DNA from: Craspedostauros australis
Taxonomy: Eukaryota
NCBI GenBank assembly: GCA_030167865.1
Contig: JALAGF010001625.1
Span: forward strand, 1 to 64,000
Length of the DNA: 64,000 nucleotides
Direction: 5' to 3'
This document shows, piece by piece, positions 60,308 through 64,000 of the stretch. Within the stretch, counting starts at the first letter, position 1; the number at the start of each line of letters is the position of its first letter. The notes beneath the pieces are model-generated. The model did no database searches. It saw only the letters and a program-made list of their open reading frames with translations, and was not told the origin of the DNA. The position numbers were made by a program, and so were the translations under genes.

Positions 60308-63300
60308 TCATTCCGCTTTTGCCGACGGTTCTTCGCATGATCCATCGCGGATTGATAGCTGCGTCGGCTCCTGCGGCTGCTTCGAGCATGACGGTCCGAA
60401 ATCGCCAACCATCTTTCCTGGACCGTGCTCAATTGTGCTTGGACATGCAGTTTGGGTTGTTGGTACGCTCCGAGTCAATGTAAAGCATCTTTGATGCATG
60501 ATGCCTTCGATGTAGCATTTTCCCAGCGTGATCGTTGAGAATATGCCGTAATGGCCAGAGATGCTCGATTCGTCCACCACGGCCCCATCACCAAAGGTTA
60601 CTAGCGCAGCTTCGTAGATCCGGAAGCCAAAGTACAGCAATCTTCCCTGTACATCTGCACCCTGCATTCGGAGCACTGTATTCATCATTGGTGTGCCCCA
60701 CAAAAGCGACACGAAGGACCAGACTTGGACCGAGTAGCACAAGGCTTGGTAGACCATGTACAATGGGACGCACCATGGTTCGGTGCGGCTGCCACTTCCC
60801 GCAAGCGTGACTAGCTCAACTGCTCGCAACAGGATGAGCCAAACGATGGTCTGGATGATGACGCACGCTACAACAACCGGCACCGCACCCAACGGCGTCT
60901 GTGGCTTGATGACATTCATCCACAGCTCGAATGCTGGAATGAAGCTGGCAGCGACCATGACCAGCATGATGACGTGCAGGATCGTGTTCAGGAGGATGAT
61001 CCGTCCCAACTCCCAACCTGCGACAAGTTCATATCTTGGGTGGTGTCGATCGTGGACCAGGTTGGTGGCGAAGTACGTGGCTGGAGACACCAAGGACCTA
61101 CTGACTGTCACGCCTGGGCCGCAGACCACGTTCAACCCGATGCTGCTGTCTTCAACCTTGATGGCTTTGTATTGACCATCCTGTTTGATGTCGAAGGTAG
61201 ATTTGGACACGAAGGATCGTTTGACTGAGATGAGGTCCAACTGGGATGGAAGGAAGGCATGTGCTGCGACATGCGATCGGAGATCAATGTCCATCCCGAA
61301 TGCCAAGAGGATGACATTCCAAATCGAGGAGTGAAACGTCAATCCATATAGCACGGCGCCTCCGATGCTGTAGTGGAAGTCACATGCCCAACTGGCAAGT
61401 TCCGATGGTACACTCTGACATGCAGGGCCTGGCCGTTGTTTGCCGATTATCACCCACTTGAGCATGATGCTGGAAACGATGAAGAATGTGGAAGTTAGGC
61501 CAATGGAAGTAATCCAATAGAGCAGCCTCGCGTACCTCCAGTCTGGCAACTCATCCCGGACCAGGATGTCGACCACCAGAAAGCAGGTGAAAGCGAAGTA
61601 AAGTTCCGCCAGCAACCACAGCATTTTCATTGCACCCAATATGATCCATCTGCGATTACCCGCGGTGGAATGTGTGGTGGGGAGAGTTTCGCTTGTCGTC
61701 ATCTCCAGACTGTCATTGTTACTGTCAGCTTCTGCGTCTGTGGCTCCATGTGTGCGTGTGGAATGGATGAAACCCGGATTGCCGCGGATGGTAGTGTTGG
61801 GCGGTGCTTGTGCTCCTTCCACCAGCACAGACGTGNGAGAGACTTGGCAGTTGGACCCAACCTTGACTCCAGGACAAAGAATGCCCTTGATGTCTGCACT
61901 TGCTCCAACTTGGATCGTGCGGAATCTCAAGGTGGGGCCTTGGCAGCCGTCTTTGCACGGACCGAACATGCGACACCGGATACCCTCGCTCACCGTAGCA
62001 TCAGGACCGATATCCACGAGATCGAACTCACGGATGAATTCGTCGATGCTCGATGATGCATGCACATTCGCTCCCATCAAGTAATCGAAGAACACCACCA
62101 GTGGGGTGCCCATGATGAAGCGTCCAAGGAAGCTCTCCCAGATGTGCACAAGCCGATCCACAAACCACCATCGAAGAAAGTAAATGTCGGTCTGGCTGAT
62201 GTACCCCTCTCTGTATCTGCCAATGACGATCCACTTTGCGAGAATGACTTCGACGGTGAATGTGATGGCCCAGAACGGGACGACCAGTGGATACCACACC
62301 CACACATACGGAGAGAGGTCAATGAAGAAGAGCTCGTAGGCGCGATCGTCGTTGACCAGCACCTTCCCAATCTCGTAGGCGGGCACGATGGGAAGTGCGA
62401 ACATGAAGAGGATGGCGAGCACACCGACGAACTGAATGGTGGCGGATGTGAGTGGTGCAAGCGGTTTCTCATCTGGAAAGGTGACAAGTCTCTTGAGTTT
62501 TGGAAGGCTGGTTGGCAGCGCCTGCCCAGTAGATGCCTCCAGGAATACTTCCAAGTCTACGACTGTCGGGAACAGCTCGAAGCAATCGGAAGGGAGGGAT
62601 GTGTTGTATCGTTGAGCAAGGGACTGTCGCAGCTCAAGCTCCATCATGGATGATAGCCCAACGTCCTTCCACGTGTCTTTGGCCTTGACGTCTGATCCAA
62701 TGCAGCTCTTCACAAGTTCGTAAAAGTCCATGTCTCTGATGTCGACATCTTCGATGACGGATTTCCTCAACGAGAGGCGCTTGGGTTGGCTTGCAATGTC
62801 GCCATCCTGTGTACTGAAGAAGTGTGACTTTCCAATCACGTCCAGCACCATCTTCTGGTCTCCATCATGCAAGCGCTGTCGGTTACAACGTCTCTGGATC
62901 TTGCTGCTTGTTGTTTTGGAGATGGTGCGTTCTTCCACAGCTGCGATTGTTGCTGGCGTCAATCCAATGTGCTCGATCACGGCCTTTCTGATCTCCTGAC
63001 AGACTGTTGCTGCATCGTCAGCACGATTGGCCCGGATCTCAAAGACGATCTCGAGCTGTCCGTCGTTGCCCGTTTCATCGGACGAAAATGCCGCGACACA
63101 TCCTGGACGGACGGCAGATGAGGCCTCTTCAACGGCGTGCTCGATATCTTGCGGATAGTAGTTGACACCGTTGACGATGATGATGTCCTTCTTGCGGCCG
63201 CAGATGTAGAGATAGTCATCTTGGTAGAATCCGTAGTCTCCTGTCCGCAAGTACATCTTGCCAACGGCATCGGATGATGAATCGCCTTGGAGTGTAGCTT

Positions 63301-64000
63301 GGAAGGTTTCGGCAGTGAGCTGTGGCTGATTGTAGTACCCAGCGGTCACAGAGGCCCCGGCGATCCAGATCTCTCCCGTGACGTTGTCTGGACGTTTTAC
63401 ACGAGTATCCGGGTCCACGATGATGATATCGATGGAGCTGTGCAGATTGCTGCGCTGTGCGATGGCGATGAATGGTTGGAGATCTTCACCTTCGCGGATG
63501 GTGGAAAGATGGGAGCCGTGATTGTAGCTGACACCAACGACGTTCTCTGCCAGTCCGTATGCTGCGAGGAACCAGTCCTTGCGTAGACCATGTGGACCAA
63601 ATGCGTCAGAGAAGTGCTTTTCCGTGTCCAGCCGGATTGGCTCTGCGGCATTCTGGAAATGAAGCACGCTGGAGAGGTCCAGCTTGTGAGTAAGATTTGC
63701 CTTGGCCTCATTGAACTTGCGGGTGACCAACCGATACCCAAAGTCGGGAGCGGCACTGATGTGGCACTTGTGCTGGGACATGAGATCAATCCAGAGCAAC
63801 GGGTTGCGGATGAACGAGACTAGTGATATCATGTGGGAATGGAAGGCGCCTGCCAATGGCGCAATGCCCATCTCGATGAGGCCCATGTCATGGTACTGCG
63901 GCAACCAAGAGCATGTGGCGATGCGTTTTGGGATGGCGCTTGTATCACCCAACTGGTCTTGGAATGAAGCGAACCAGTAGCTCTGTACGAGCTCGATGTT
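60308..64000 (-). CDS. NRPS-like enzyme, 5'-truncated: FAAL-like adenylation domain, carrier (PP-binding) domain and Pls-type membrane terminal module
   Basis: Adenylation motifs SWLPQYHDMGLI, YGLAEN, LRTGDYG, GRKKDIIIVNGVNYYPQDIE and KTTSSKIQR. Carrier motif DVGLSSM. Three repeats of TM helices plus KWxxIG/GTP..hGA motifs and hexapeptide-like beta repeats. The frame is open to the window edge; one N at 61836. Confidence 0.85.
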   Translation of the reverse strand, partial: NIELVQSYWFASFQDQLGDTSAIPKRIATCSWLPQYHDMGLIEMGIAPLAGAFHSHMISLVSFIRNPLLWIDLMSQHKCHISAAPDFGYRLVTRKFNEAKANLTHKLDLSSVLHFQNAAEPIRLDTEKHFSDAFGPHGLRKDWFLAAYGLAENVVGVSYNHGSHLSTIREGEDLQPFIAIAQRSNLHSSIDIIIVDPDTRVKRPDNVTGEIWIAGASVTAGYYNQPQLTAETFQATLQGDSSSDAVGKMYLRTGDYGFYQDDYLYICGRKKDIIIVNGVNYYPQDIEHAVEEASSAVRPGCVAAFSSDETGNDGQLEIVFEIRANRADDAATVCQEIRKAVIEHIGLTPATIAAVEERTISKTTSSKIQRRCNRQRLHDGDQKMVLDVIGKSHFFSTQDGDIASQPKRLSLRKSVIEDVDIRDMDFYELVKSCIGSDVKAKDTWKDVGLSSMMELELRQSLAQRYNTSLPSDCFELFPTVVDLEVFLEASTGQALPTSLPKLKRLVTFPDEKPLAPLTSATIQFVGVLAILFMFALPIVPAYEIGKVLVNDDRAYELFFIDLSPYVWVWYPLVVPFWAITFTVEVILAKWIVIGRYREGYISQTDIYFLRWWFVDRLVHIWESFLGRFIMGTPLVVFFDYLMGANVHASSSIDEFIREFDLVDIGPDATVSEGIRCRMFGPCKDGCQGPTLRFRTIQVGASADIKGILCPGVKVGSNCQVSXTSVLVEGAQAPPNTTIRGNPGFIHSTRTHGATDAEADSNNDSLEMTTSETLPTTHSTAGNRRWIILGAMKMLWLLAELYFAFTCFLVVDILVRDELPDWRYARLLYWITSIGLTSTFFIVSSIMLKWVIIGKQRPGPACQSVPSELASWACDFHYSIGGAVLYGLTFHSSIWNVILLAFGMDIDLRSHVAAHAFLPSQLDLISVKRSFVSKSTFDIKQDGQYKAIKVEDSSIGLNVVCGPGVTVSRSLVSPATYFATNLVHDRHHPRYELVAGWELGRIILLNTILHVIMLVMVAASFIPAFELWMNVIKPQTPLGAVPVVVACVIIQTIVWLILLRAVELVTLAGSGSRTEPWCVPLYMVYQALCYSVQVWSFVSLLWGTPMMNTVLRMQGADVQGRLLYFGFRIYEAALVTFGDGAVVDESSISGHYGIFSTITLGKCYIEGIMHQRCFTLTRSVPTTQTACPSTIEHGPGKMVGDFGPSCSKQPQEPTQLSIRDGSCEEPSAKAE

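Overview
Eukaryotic, intron-containing DNA from a diatom-like heterokont alga. Evidence: ASAF-type bipartite plastid presequences, nuclear-encoded cytochrome c6 and plastid L17, and a fucoxanthin-chlorophyll LHC gene. About 19 protein-coding genes can be supported, and GT-AG exon structures were rebuilt by hand with phase checks. Housekeeping genes: golgin-84, mitochondrial mL40 and EF-Ts, TSR1, plastid bL17, ALG13, Kelch-BTB, Sec1/Munc18, Lhcz-type LHC, petJ and a probable p31comet homolog. Highlights: (1) two giant (about 2240 and 2530 aa) inverted paralogs, each with six FEA1/ISIP2a (phytotransferrin)-like domains in an (A-B)x3 layout, one TM helix and a tail with sorting-like motifs; (2) a FAAL-like adenylation domain fused to a carrier protein and a Pls-type membrane terminal module, truncated at the right edge; (3) a small unknown plastid-targeted basic protein head-to-head with rpl17 whose 52-nt signal-peptide exon mirrors that of rpl17. 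No rRNA, tRNA, CRISPR array or recognisable transposon was seen. All family assignments come from motif recognition by eye, not database searches.
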